Positions 31,598-46,145 of a stretch of 64,000 nucleotides of DNA are shown here, in pieces. Under the pieces are notes generated by a model. It made no database searches. It saw only the letters and a program-made list of their open reading frames with translations, and was not told where the DNA came from. This DNA is from the human T2T-CHM13v2.0 reference genome, Homo sapiens. Each line of letters begins with the position of its first letter. The stretch's first letter is position 1. The position numbers and the translations under genes were made by a program. Location: the NCBI RefSeq assembly GCF_009914755.1, contig NC_060928.1. One strand, 5' to 3'.

Positions 31598-32107
31598 CTG
31601 GAGAAATGAAAACTCACGAGGATGCAGAGAACCAGCATGACTAACAGGCAGGATTCTATGGCTCCCAGTTCCCATCGAAGAGAGTCTGTTCCAATGGCTC
31701 CAATACCTTCAATAACATTTCTACAATAGGTCTGGCCCAATTAAAATGCCACGCCCTCCCCACTCATGTGCCCCACTGACCACCATCACTGTGGGGTAAG
31801 ATGGGTCTGTTTTTCAGATAAGTAACTACTCTAGCTGCCCCAGGACCCGTAGTTTGTTCTTATTGTTGTTGGCTTTTGTTTTCTTTAGTTGTCATTTTCT
31901 TTCCTTATGAAAAATTTATGATTTCTACCCTGGTTCAAAAAACAGAACTGTGATTTGTGTTTCACAATGCGGCTAGCGGATTTGATGTATCTGTAACAGC
32001 TCTCTCACGTTTCTAGGAATTATAACTTACCTGTCTGGCAAATTGGGAAGGCACGTATCTCCTTGTCATCTCTCCTGATGCTAAGCTTAAGTTTTTAATT
32101 GATTATC

Positions 32108-32262
32108 TTTTTTTTGAGACAAGGTCTCTCTCTTTCTCCCAGGCTGGAGTGCAGTGGTGTGATCATAGCTCACTGCAGCCTCAACCTCCTAGGATCAGGT
32201 GATCCTCCCACCCCAGCCTCCAAGTAGTTGGGACTACAAGGAATATGCCAGCATGCCTGGCC
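32108..32262 (-). mobile_element. AluJ right arm / FRAM
   Basis: GATCATAGCTCACTGCAGCCTCAACCTCC, single monomer. Confidence 0.85.
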
Positions 32263-33040
32263 TTATATCCAAAAGAACTGCTAGGTAAGCCATGCAAAAT
32301 ATTTATGTTATATTCATGATTCTTTTTAGCCTGGACTTCAACTTTGTCCCAATTTATATATTAGTGAAAAAGAACTAAGTGATAAGTTCGCTCTCACAAA
32401 GGGCAGAATCCATAGGATGCTTTGCCATGAGAGGTGGTATACCCTGAATATAAGCAGTGTTTTAGAAGATGTATGTGGATTCATGAATAATAGATTCCAT
32501 GAGAAAGTATGATGAGTCTAGTAACAGTGCCATGGTCATAGACAGACTTCCGGAGTGACCATGGATCTTAAAGCATATTTTGGATCAACAGAGGAAAGTA
32601 TAGGGAGGACATAGGTTTGAGAAAAGAAGAAAAGCATAAGAAGTGCTTGGGCAGGAACCAGAAGAGCACAGGGAGCCAGGGCAGAGGCTGGTCTGAAGGA
32701 AAGTGATAATTATTGCTATTAGATGGAGACAACTGGCATCCAGACACACAAACTTCATGATAGCCTGCTATCTTCAGAGGAATTCTGTTGCCTGTTAAGA
32801 CCATTTTTTCTCACATGCTACCTGCATGCTGGCCCTCTCCACTAACCTATCCAACTACCAAACGACACTCACTCATTTTCAATCCCCTGCATTTCCTAAT
32901 TATCTCACTGGTAAAGGGAAGGGTTGAATCTGATGATCTCCAAGGCCTCCTGCAACTATAATTTCTGTGATCTATATAATTACAATTTCCTCTCATCCTT
33001 TTTCTCAAGACTAGTCAGTCCCAGGATATAACCCACATCT

Positions 33041-34110
<1,070 letters not shown>

Positions 34111-35076
34111 ACTATTATCAGAAAAAAGCAATAACCCACCTCTATCTAGTCACACAGGAATGGTTTGTACACATACATTTTAAAATATTTTTACAGATAC
34201 AGCAAGTGGCAGCTAGACAGCGCTCCTAGAAACCACCAGGTTTCCCAGCATGGGGTTATTCCTAACATTCATGATTCCAATGCCTTCCTCTGACCATACC
34301 GCTGATCCTTCCCAAACATTCATTTTGATGTTATCTAATGCAGGACATTGTCTGATATCATTTGTCCAGGGTGTATCCTCATCCCAGTTTGCCCTTTTGT
34401 TCATGTTGCAAAGTTCCTACGTCACTCAATAATATGCTACCTAAAAATTCTGAAGCTAGTCACAAAGCCAAAAAAGTAAATGAGCAAGAGGAATTTTGCT
34501 GATTTTAATTCATGAGATGGCATTCAGAATTGGACATGACTCTTTAAAAAGTGGGGTTATTCTTTAAAAGATAAGATCACCATGTGTACACAAAACAAAT
34601 GCATCATCCTAACCCTGGGTGTAGCTGCTGAACAGGTGGTCCCTGTACTATTTGAGGATTAAATAAAGGAGGGGACTTCAGTCACATGTACCAAGGGAAT
34701 CAGGCACAGACAATATATCTGCCCTCAAAGTTTGCTCAAAAGCCCAAATCTAACGTAAGCCACTGGCTCTAACCAGAGGAGAAACAGAACACATTTGAGG
34801 AGAGGAAAAAAAACTATTAATGCATTAACAACCTTTACCAGTCTTCCCATCCCACTTCTTAAACATTTTCTTAATATGATTTTTTAGGTATTACATTTAC
34901 ACATAAGACATTACTGAGGACAGTGACTGAACAAACTTCCTCCTTCTAAAAAACAAGAAACCAATCATTTTGTAATTTAAACTGCTAATCATATTAACAC
35001 ATAATGAACTGTAAGTTTTTGGTTATAAATTTCTATGATTTTAAATTAAAACCTTTGGGGAAACAATGCTACTTAC

Positions 35077-35184
35077 CACAGTTTTGCTCATCACTCAAAT
35101 CCCCACAGTCATCATATCCATCACACACAAGGCTGTAATTAAGGCACTTGCCTGTGTGACAGTGAAACAGATTCTCGCTGCAGT
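35077..35184 (-). CDS. CORIN: CORIN exon 7 (108 bp, phase 1-1), LDLRA repeat 2: [35 protein letters not shown]
   Basis: Acceptor tttgcag|AC TGC, donor TGT G|gtaagt; contained in ORF 35069..35263. Confidence 0.97.
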
Positions 35185-35994
35185 CTGCAAATAAAAGAAG
35201 CCACCAGTGTGTCATCAGAGCCATACAGAATGCTATTGTAGTACGATATTTAACAAAAGCCAATCATGGAAGGGACACCCTAATGGTAACCTGGTCCACA
35301 CCTATTGTTTTATAGGTGAGAAGGTGGCACACAGAGATACAACGACCTGTTCAAGGCCACTTGAACAGTGGCTCCCAAGCCAAGTGATTTTATCACTTTC
35401 TGATGTGTTTCTCTGACTTCTATTTTATGTCACCTGAACGATCCTTGATTGTTAAAGATGAGAAAAGACATTCTCAGTTCACCATCATTCCTAATGAAGT
35501 TCTTGTTCATGCAGAATAGACTTTAGTAACTCTTATGTTTTCTTTAGAGTTGAAGTCTAGGTTTGTCAGTAGAAAGCATAAACATAACAAATAAAATAAG
35601 TCATTTAGATTATGGAGTTATTATTTCCTTTCACATAAACATTACTGCTTAAGTCAATTGAGTGTTTCATAATGCAATCCTCAAATAAGCAAGTACTGTC
35701 CAAAGACTATGGTGGCAAGATGAGAAGTGCTATGTAATCTCAGGATGCTTATAGTTTAATGTTGAAATAAACAACATCCAGGGCAAATGGTTTCCTGATT
35801 TTAATAGGAAAATAAAGTCTTGTCCTTGGGTAAACCAGAACTCCTATCCTGGTTCTGCCATCTACTAGCTGTGGGACTTTTAGTGTGTTATTGTTAGTTC
35901 AAGTCTAGGAGTCTGTGAACTGATGTATGAAATTGGGACAAAATCAGCCACTTAATAGGGTTTGAAAGAAGAGTTTAATGAAATAGTGTGTGTA

Positions 35995-37025
35995 AGGCAA
36001 TTCAATGGAAAGAGAATGTTCTTTTCAACAAACGGTATTGGGACAATACTAGAATAATATTTGCAAATTATATGTATGATAAAGAAATTTGGATATCCAG
36101 AGTCTCTATAGAACTCTTACATTCAATAATCAGACGAAAAAGAATTCAATTATAAATGGTCAAAAGACTTGAATAGAAAGTCTTCATGAAAGACATAAAA
36201 ACACATGAAAAGGTGCTCAACGTTATTAGTCATTAAGCAAAGGCAGCGGGAGGTGAGAGGGCAGGACAAAACAAAAGAAAAAAAAATAAGCTAAGGCAAA
36301 TTAAAACCACAAGAAGATATAACTACACATCCCTTAAAATGGCTACAATGGAAAAGATGGATAATAGCAAGTATTGGCAAGGATTTTGAGAAAATGAATC
36401 TCATGGATCTCTGGTGAGACTAAAATAATAATGCCACCTTGGAAAACTGGCAGTTTCTTATGAAGGTAACTGCAACCTTACCATACAATTAATTTGTGAA
36501 TTCCACTCTTAGGAATCTACCCAAGATAAATTAAACATATATCCACATGAAGATTTATATATAGATGTTCACAGCAGCATTATTCATAAGCCAAACACTG
36601 GAAAAAAATCCAACTACTCACTAACTGGAATGGACAAACAAAACGTAATACTCATGCAGTGAAATACTACTCGGTGATTAAAAGGATGAAACTACCAATA
36701 TATGTGACAGTATGGATGAACCCCAAAAAGTTACGCTGTGTGAAAGAAATCAGATACAAAAATTACATATTATATGACTCGTTTATGGAATTCCCAGAAA
36801 AAACAAATTTATAGAAACAGAAATCTGAGAAGTAGTTACAGTAGCTGAGGGATTAGAATTGGTGACTGACTACAAATGTGTGGGAGATAAATTTTGGGGG
36901 AGATGCAAACATTCTAGAACTGTATTGTGCGGTTAGTCGCATAACTCTATAAGTTTACTAAAAATCAATAGATGAAATTTATAGGATGTAAATTATACCT
37001 CAATAAAGCTGTAAAAATGTTTAAA
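35995..37025 (+). mobile_element. Ancient L1M (L1MB/MC-like) 3' fragment
   Basis: ATTCAATGGAAAGAGAATGTTCTTTTCAACAAA ... CAGCAGCATTATTCATAA ... TGTAAATTATACCTCAATAAAGCTG. Confidence 0.8.
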
Positions 37026-37808
37026 ATCAATATATGTAAAGAAATCTGCATTTTACAGAAACTAGATTTCTTAAGTATATTTTTATTTCCCTTATTTAAA
37101 GTAAATTAAGTGCAAAACAGTTTGCTTAAGGCTGGAGAAGGAATACAGAAAATAGGCGGAATTTCAATAGGGTGGATGTAATGAAAAGTTTAGCATATTT
37201 CAAGCAGATGAAATAGCAAGAACAAAGGAAAGAGGCAAAAAAATAGGGCACGTTTGAAGATCAGTCTACTTGGCTGATGAAGGCCAGAAATCAAGCAGTC
37301 AGTGGTTCAATCTCCTGAATTCCAGCTGATTGTTTCTCCTCAAGCAGAAGCCTGTATCTCATACAAGTAGCAGCCACCACTTTACTGTAAACATCCCATA
37401 CTAGATGACGATTCGTTATCCAAAGCCTTTGGCATTGATCAGTTAAAACATTAGGCTTGCCAAAATATGACACTTACATATACATGAATCATAAATTACT
37501 GTTTCAAAAAAGCACTCTTCTAAAAAAAAAACAACTTAAAGTTTTTAGAATCACATCATTTTAGGAATGGAATGGGCCTTAGAAATCACCTGTTCAGTGT
37601 CTTCATTAGGAAGGTGTGTATGTGCACAGACACACACACGCATATATACACGTAAGTCCATACTTATAAGCATACAGAACTTTGTAAGTACTTTTTATTT
37701 TTCACTTCCCCCAGCCTGAATAATTTTCAAATAAGGACAGCCACCATAAGGGAAAATATAAGAACTAAGAAGTCCTAGCGATCACCTTGACAACGGTATT
37801 TTATCCCA

Positions 37809-37824
37809 CTCAGCAGAGGGCGCT
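37809..37824 (+). promoter_or_regulatory. Candidate CTCF binding site
   Basis: CTCAGCAGAGGGCGCT, one mismatch to the CCAGCAGAGGGCGCT core; motif only. Confidence 0.55.
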
Positions 37825-39245
37825 ATTTCCCCACCCTGCACCCCCACTGCTGAATGAGGCTACAACACATGTGACAGCTGAGTGGAAAGGTTATGACACT
37901 GGTTCTTCTGCCCACAGGGTAGATCTGGGGAATTCGTGCATCAAGATATATACACTACCTTGTGAAATTCTAAAAGATCTTTTTGATGTTTTTTTGTCTT
38001 AATCTAAATTACTCTTGTGGGAAGTTTTGAGTCAACATGCTAGAATCAGCAATAGCCCGGGAAATAAGGCTTCTCAACTTGACGATCAGTGCAAAGTATA
38101 CGCATGCATTCGCCCAGAGGATGGGGGACAGTGTTTCAGCACAATTTAAACCCTAGGAGTTAATTTCTTTGTAAGCACTACACTCACTTTTTTTGACAGT
38201 AGGACTACTAGGGAATCAAATACCCCTTTCAGAATCTGATTAACCTAAGAACACACCAAAAATTTCCAAAAGTTTATTTGTCTTCTATGAGGCCCATTCT
38301 AGGACCCCTGGTAATTCATACTAAAACACTGCATTGGAGATATTTTAAAAATTGATGTCCTCATTTATTAAATTACTTTATAAATGGAGAGGATTCAGGC
38401 ATTTTTTAAAAATCCTCATTGTTCTCCCAGGTGTGGATTCAACTTTCTACTATTATAACTTGCTTGGTTAGAAGCCATTTTTAGAAGTGAGATACAAAAT
38501 GAGCTGCATTTGGAAAACAATCTGTTACTTCCCTAAGGTCTGTGTGATTAGTAAACACGCAAAACCTTAACCAGAGGCACTGCAAAGCCAGAAATACAAA
38601 TGGCAAATGCAAATACAGTAGCAAATGGCAAAGATCACAGTGTCTCCTTTTACTGAAATAAATGTTTATTTGACCTGGAAAGAGATGTTGTCAGTGCAAT
38701 TTGGGGCCAGCAAATCAAAATTTGAAAAAGCTGCTTGCTGTGATTTTCTTGCTCAATAACAAGCATAATTTTGCATGGCCTAAGGTAGATGTTTTTCTAG
38801 ACACACCTTTTTTTTTCTTAAGGAGAGCTTGATACAAAATGTTTCTTCTGAAATTCTTGCATGTTAATATTGATTTCAGTTTGGCATCTCATACGCACAC
38901 TATTAATTCTTGTCTCTCAAAATTATTGTTAAATTAGAGCAGAAAACTAACACACAGAAAGGCTTTTTCTCAAAGGCTTCTTTCAACTGTACAGTCTCTA
39001 TGACTATAAACATGAATGTGTTGCCTCAACTCAAGATGCAAGTACGGATGCTCAGTTTCCACCCACAGAAGATTAAATATGGAAAGGACCAGAGGTTATT
39101 TCATCCAATCCTCTGATTCTGAAATGACCAGAGGAGTTAGACGGTCTGTCCACTGTTGCTCAGCTCATTTACAGCAGAACCATGAGAAGAACCAGGCTTC
39201 TTGACTCTCTGAGTTCTTTCTACTATTGGCTTCCAGCTCTAGAAA

Positions 39246-39455
39246 AGGGTTTCTCAACGGCAGTATCATTTGACATTTTGGACTGGGTAATTCTTTGTTG
39301 TTGGGGGCTGCCCTGTGCAGGGTAGTTTGTTTAGCAGCATCTCTGGCCTCTACCCACTAGATGCCAGTAGCACCTCCCTCCACTCTCACAGTTGTGACAA
39401 TAAAAAAAAGTCTCCATGCATTGCAAAATGTCACCTAGAGAATTGAAAATCATGT
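39246..39455. mobile_element. MER20 hAT DNA transposon
   Basis: GTTTCTCAAC..TGACATTTTGGACTGGGTAATTCTTTGTTG...TTTAGCAGCATCTCTGGCCTCTACCCACTAGATGCCAGTAGCAC...AGTTGTGACAA matches the recalled MER20 consensus. Confidence 0.88.
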
Positions 39456-39663
39456 TGCACAGTATACAAACATCACCTGAGTGCAAGGCCTAGCTTTAAT
39501 CCCATCTTTTCCATCAGCTGTCTACGCAATCCAGCTTCTAGTAATCTTACTCTTTTTACTAGAAGGACTCCCTGCTGCTGCCTTTTTTTGTTTGCTTGTT
39601 TACCTCAATTTTTTTGACTTTGTGATATTGCTTGTGTTATACTGTTTTAAAATACCATATTTA

Positions 39664-39971
<308 letters not shown>

Positions 39972-40549
39972 TTAATAGTTTCTATGTGTATACGTTAGTT
40001 CCCTGATTTGATTAAAAGACTCATAAAGAAAGAAACCATGGCTTAACAGTATCTTTCTATTTACTAGGTAGCTAAAACATGATTCATACATAGTAGGAAT
40101 TAAAGAATATTCAATACTTTGATTGATTCAGTATAATCAGATTGCCACTATACAAAAAAGTAAAATTTGCAAACATTTAGTACTTCTTCCATAAGCATAG
40201 AGTTTTTTTATTTTTATAATTTTGATGAAACTATTTCTAGCATTTACTTGCAGCTACATCTTAGTAGAAAGATTATTATAGATACAGTCATTTTTGATGA
40301 TTCAAACATCATTTGGAATATCAATTTTTATTTTGTGCTTTTTAGGCTGCCTCCATTCTAAAATAGCTTCACGTGGTGCTGCTTTTAAAATTGTTGTGCA
40401 TATTTTGTGTTTCTCTCTTCCTTACATGTATCAGCTGACATTATCAGCTGTCCCCACGACTTCCAGTGGTCATTCTCTGCACCTAGTAACAAGAGGTGCT
40501 GGGTGGGAGTGGAGGAACAATAAGATAACAACAGTGACAACAACAGTCA

Positions 40550-40790
40550 CGACCGCAAATCCTAGTGCTTTTTGAGACTTACTGCATGCAAGACATTGGT
40601 CTATATGCTTTATATTCAGTGAATCATTATTCTGAACAATTTGAGAGATATTCACTATTTATTGTTTCCATTGTACTACTGAAGAAACTGAGGCACAGAG
40701 AGGTTGAGTAACTTGCCTAAGTTATCAGAGGCAGGAAATGGTAAGATCGAAACCTAAGCAGCCTGACTCAAGAATTTATAGTAGTCATTA
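40550..40790. mobile_element. MIR
   Basis: GAAGAAACTGAGGCACAGAGAGGTTGAGTAACTTGCCTAAG core. Confidence 0.8.
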
Positions 40791-41099
40791 CTACACCGTA
40801 TTACACTCGGTGTAATTAGATAGCCACCATCCTCAAAAATAAGTCAACCAATTTTACCCAAAATTCACAGAAAATGATTTTCAAAAATATTTGATAGTGG
40901 TTTTTATGTGTCATAAAATGTGTGAACTTTGTGGCAGCTATTTCACTGTGAAAACGTTTTCCTTGAGTTTCTAATTTAAAATTAAGAAGTATTCATCTAC
41001 TAAGCACTTGCTATGTCCTAGGCACTATTCTAGGAGCCAGTTATAGACTCAAAAGATTATAGAATCTTAACAACAAAAGAGACACCAAGCACCTTCTAG

Positions 41100-41270
41100 C
41101 CCGGTGCTTCCAAGTCTGGCCGTCCATTAGAATTACCTGGAGAGCGTTACAAAAGTACTGCTGCCTGGTCCCCACTGCAGACAAACTGAATCAAAATCTC
41201 TGCAGATGGGGCTTCCTGAGGAGGCCAGCATGCAGCCATCCATGATGATACTGAAAGCCAGGGTTACAGA
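41100..41270. mobile_element. MER5-like hAT fragment
   Basis: CATTAGAATTACCTGGAGAGC...ACTGAATCAAAATCTCTG...GCCAGGGTT. Confidence 0.65.
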
Positions 41271-43220
41271 AGTGGCCTGCCTAAAGCCACAGAGGTAGAC
41301 ATTTCTAAAATTTTCCTGGTTTTTGAAAATTTTTCTACTGCACCACTAAAATTGTTTCAGGTGTTTGGAAATCTTTTCATCCAACAAATACTTAAGAAGA
41401 GATTGACAAGACAAAACCAGTTAGGGGAGAAAGTCAGAAAGTCACAGATACCTGGAGTGCTCTTTAATAAACAATTACCTCTGAAAGCCGTAATACATCA
41501 AAATCAGTTAAAACATTTTCCTGCAATATGAATGATCAGAGTATAATCTCACTAAATCTGAACTTTTTTATGGACAAGGACAAGTCAAAGGCAGACGAGC
41601 TGAAAGAAAAAGCATTAGATTTTGAACCATTTAAGACTGGGTTCAAATTTAGCGAATCATGGGCAAATTTATTCATTGCCCTAAGCTCTGTCTCTGCACC
41701 TGTACAAAAGGTGGTAGATAACACTTCCTATGCTGATAATTAAATCAAAGCATGTAGGTAAATGCTTCTAGCATAGTTTATGAGGTAACTCACAAATAAT
41801 AAGTCCCTTTTCTCCCTTCCTTTGAACCTGACTAAAAAGGAAATTAATAACTCAATGAACTACACAGGCCACCTAATATGACCCATGTTTTATAAAAGCA
41901 GGCAAGTGCTTAGCTAGAGATCATTTTTGCATCTAATCCATAGAAGCATAATCTCCTCTGACAGTCCTCCTTCTTGCCTACTTGCGAGAACCTTAGGAAC
42001 TAGGCATTTTCTTCTGTTCCTCACTGAGAACGCACAGCAAAACTTCCTTCTCCTCTCATGAGTATCTGTGGGTTGCATTCACTCTGATTCACATCCAAGG
42101 CCTAATTCAGACTTACACTATTCCTTCACCACAGGGTGGTGACAAAAGGAGTATGGCACCCTCCATAAACACTCATGCTGAAACACCACAAGCATTCAAC
42201 CTTAAAGCTCAAAAGCAGATGTCCTTGTAAGGTCAAAAACAATTGCATAAGAAGCCTTCAATGTCTGTGTTTTCATACAGAAGTTTTCTGAAGGGATGTA
42301 TTTCCCCAACGGACCAAAAGATCATTTTTGTGATATGTTCATGGGAAAGGGCCATATCTATTTTCCTTAATAAATGCTTCAGCTCCTCAGACATTGGCAA
42401 ATGCCTTGCAAAACAGTAACACGTTGTTGACAAGGAAAATTAGCCCCTTCAAATTTAATGTTAACAAATGCAGCAGAAAGCACTTACAGGGTTTGGAGTG
42501 CAATGCTCAGTACTATTGAGGAACATATGATAAAAACCATAGTTGGCCCACCACAGGAGATACAGGCATATGCAGAATTTGAACAATACCATAACTTGGG
42601 CCACAATGGGAGAATAGCTAGAGATTCTACCAAATTCCCATAAATTGGATATCGTTACATTGAATTATTTAAAGTTCCCTATTTTGGCTGCTTTGCACAG
42701 CATCTTCTGCTAAGCCCACAGCAACACTTCCCAGTGTAAATACACAGCCTACAAAAATGTTTTTATGTAAAATTGTGTGCCATGCGTTGTTTTGAAAAGA
42801 AAATTCCAAGTCGTAAAACACAAATTTCTTACTGAAAAGAACGTTTCCTGAAATATGCGTGGCATAATTGAAGTTCCACGGGATGCTAGATAGTAGGCAG
42901 AATAAAAAATGCATGAATAAATGAATAAATAAAGGTGAAGATTCACATGAGAAATAATTCTGATGAAATAAAAAGTTAGGCAAATGTCTTTTTTTAAAAC
43001 TACAGAATTTCTCAGAACCTCTAATATACAAATGTGTATTCTAACCCTCTAAGAAGTAGACCTGATAGTATTTCCCAAAGTTTTTTTTTTTCAAGCATTA
43101 TTCCAGACTCAGATACTACATGAAACACCAGTTTGGGAAACACTGACCTGAAATGTTACCATGATAAACTGCCATTCAGTAGTTCTGCCATTCAGCAGGA
43201 CAAAGGAGCGTCCTAGCCCA

Positions 43221-43564
43221 TCAGATGAAAGATGAGTTGGTCCATTTGGCAAACAGACCAGAAGAATTTTTTGATTAAGATCAGTATTCTCAAGCACTTA
43301 TTACATCTTGGCAATTCCCATGAGGAGTGAAACACAGCTCTTGCCATACTAACTGTGGCTGTTTATATAACCCTTAAAGAACAATTAGAACTCAGATGAA
43401 AGATGAGTTGGTCCATTTGGCAAACAGACCAGAAGAATTTTTTGATTAAGATCAGTATTCTCAAGCACTTATTACATCTTGGCAATTCCCATAAGGAGTG
43501 AAACACAGCTCTTGCCATACTAACTGTGGCTGTTTATATAACCCTTAAAGAACAATTAGAACTC
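43221..43564. repeat. Tandem duplication, 2 x 171 bp, one mismatch
   Basis: Copies start at 43221 and 43392 (TCAGATGAAAGATGAG...); only difference seen is 43322 G vs 43493 A. Confidence 0.97.
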
Positions 43565-44315
43565 TTGCATGTAGTGTTCTAATTGGAGATACTTCTGTTT
43601 TGAATACAGATTACTCAGTGTAATTGTTTTCTTTTTTTAACCTACTAGGGGTGAACAAATAGGACACTAGCTTTGTTTATTACAATGTACTTCTTCAGGA
43701 TGGTTTTCCCCTTCTTTCCAGTTTGTAAGTGCAAAACAACTTGAAATCTGAATCTATATTGGACAAACCACTGGCCAATTCAGTCAAAATGACTAATCAA
43801 TCAATGGGGAATAAATTGAGGACACATAAGGCTGAATCTACTGATTAGTGGATTTTAAACAGTTAGTGCCATTGACTATCTCCAGGTTTGGAAGAAGCAT
43901 AAAAAAAAAAACAAGAGGCTTTGTATTTACTGTGTCATGAAAGTTAAGAATCATTAGGGTGAAAATGTTGCTATAAAAATGTCCTTTTTTAAAAAAAATT
44001 GACCTTTATACTCATAAACAAAAATGAAAATTCTCACCCAATCAAAATAAACCAAAGCCTTCTCCCAATTTAAACCACTTTGTGCAAAAACGCTGCAATC
44101 CCTCATCTGTTCCAATGCAGCCTCTACCTGTTGAGCTCCTAATAAACCATGCCTTTGAAAGGTGTGCAAACATGCTGCTGTCATTCTGGGGGAAGATAAA
44201 CACGTTTGCTCGCTTTAGAAAGGCAAACAAAAAGCAGTCTACACAAATGCTGATGATTGTCAGGATTTGAGAATCCCTGTCCACTCAGACAAACCCTAAA
44301 CAGCTTGTCACATAC

Positions 44316-44429
44316 TGCAATGAGCCTCGTCACTCCAGTCGTCACAGTCGTTGTAGCCATTACATTGCAGTTTCCCGGGGATGCAGATTCCACTGGCACA
44401 CAGAAAGTTCTCACCCCTTCCACAGAGCA
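44316..44429 (-). CDS. CORIN: CORIN exon 6 (114 bp, phase 1-1), LDLRA repeat 1: LCGRGENFLCASGICIPGKLQCNGYNDCDDWSDEAHC
   Basis: Acceptor ccctttttttttag|TG CTC TGT, donor CAT TGC A|gtatgt. Six Cys and the DCxDxSDE motif. The ORF track shows this region in another frame. Confidence 0.96.
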
Positions 44430-45805
44430 CTAAAAAAAAAGGGCAGGAAATAATGTCAGAATAAGATGGGTTTTTTTTCTTTTAAGATTACAAAAAATAA
44501 ATACATAGAAAATCTTCTTTTGCTATTCAACAGATTTGTTTCCAAATTCCCTCAGTTTTATTGTCATCAATTTTTCTTTGGCATCCTAGCACATTAATTG
44601 AAAAATTACCTGGAAATAATACAAAGAGTGATTGCTTGTCTGAGGAAAGCAGGAGATAGTTCACCAGTGGGCTTGCAGAGTGAGGCATCCATGTTCAGAG
44701 AGCAAGAGGGTAGCTTCATCATTTGCACAATTTATGTGGGGAGAATACCCAATGGGTGTATCTTTCTAAATAATTGAAAATTATGTCCAAGTAAAGTGCT
44801 ACTAATTGAACCAACATTTAAAAAGTCTACCTTTCTAAAAAGCTACTCTATGTACCACAGAGAAAGTTCCAGTAAAAACAGAGTCAGTAAATAACCATTT
44901 ACTGTGTGTTTGAACATAGCATAGAGACCCAGTGCCCTGTATTTGAAATGTATTTACTTGCCTTAATGAAAATGCCAGTTAAAATGTCAGCGTCTATTTT
45001 GGCATAAGGAACGGGAAATGGCATTCACTAATAAAATTTTCATTTATTTTTCCTTAACACAGTGATATTTTTATATTTTTGCTTTTAATATTTTGGTGTT
45101 CTTTTTCTCTTCAAAATGCAATAAGTATTCCACTGCTTCAAAATTACAGTAGACAATAAATTTAAGACAAAAAGATACAAAATTTTTCAGGAAGACCATT
45201 AATAAAAGGATAAATCAGCTCAACAAAGTGGATGTTAAGATAAAAAATATTTGGTAATGTGCATCAAATGCCTTTTAAGTGTGCATAATCTTTGACTCAG
45301 GAATCATCTTATTTCTTAGACTTCACAAAAAGGAAATCATTATGAATTTATGTTTTATGTTTAATGATATTCATACCATCATTGTTTAAAATGAGGAAAC
45401 TATGAAATAACCACTATGCAATATTCAGGGGCTAGTTAAATAAATTTTGATACCACCATAATGAGGAATACTGTTACAGCCATTGAAAACTACATTGTAG
45501 AAAATACTTAATGTCCTAGGACAAAGTTCAAGCTACTTTAGATGAGAAAACACCAACTGGTCCTAGAAAACAAAATACAGTTTGGCATCGGGAGAGGTAT
45601 ATTATCTTTGGTATTAGGATTAAAGTAAGTTTACTTTTTACTGTATTGTATTCTGCATTTTACAAATTTTCTTACAATGATGATGTTTTATCTTTTTAGC
45701 TGGGAAAAAAATAACTTTTTTATGAGCTCTAGTTTCAGATAAAAAAAAGTTAAGTAGAACCTTCAAAAATCTCCTTCTGTCTCTCTCTCACCTTCCACCA
45801 AAGCT

Positions 45806-45842
45806 TGTGTGTGTGTGTGTTTGTGTATGTGTGTGTGTGTGT
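45806..45842. repeat. Interrupted (TG)n microsatellite
   Basis: TGTGTGTGTGTGTGTTTGTGTATGTGTGTGTGTGTGT. Confidence 0.92.
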
Positions 45843-46024
45843 TGACTGTGTGGTCAGTTGCCTGGTCACTGCCACCATTCCCTGCAGTATGTATTCCTTG
45901 ATAAGATGAACCTTGTTGACTAGTTACAGGGAATCCAGGAATATGGAACATTTTAACTCAGCAATAGAAATAGAGAAAAGTACAGGCTGAAAGCTCCAGT
46001 CAATGAAGCCCATGTCTGTTATAG

Positions 46025-46145
46025 TTCCCATCATGTTCCTAGGACCCAGCGGAGTGCCTGGCACTCAGGAGGTTCTCGATTAATATATTTCCCACCCATG
46101 TTCCTGGGACCCAGCCAGTGGCTGGCACTCAGGAGGTTCTCGATT
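46025..46145. repeat. Imperfect 64-bp-period tandem duplication of an L2-tail-like segment
   Basis: CATGTTCCT.GGACCCAGC..AGTG.CTGGCACTCAGGAGGTTCTCGATT occurs twice (46025-46081, 46089-46145). Confidence 0.9.

Noticed and set aside
43221-43564. 171-bp period equals the alpha-satellite monomer length
   Set aside because: Only two copies, no CENP-B box or recognisable alphoid motifs; the length is coincidental.
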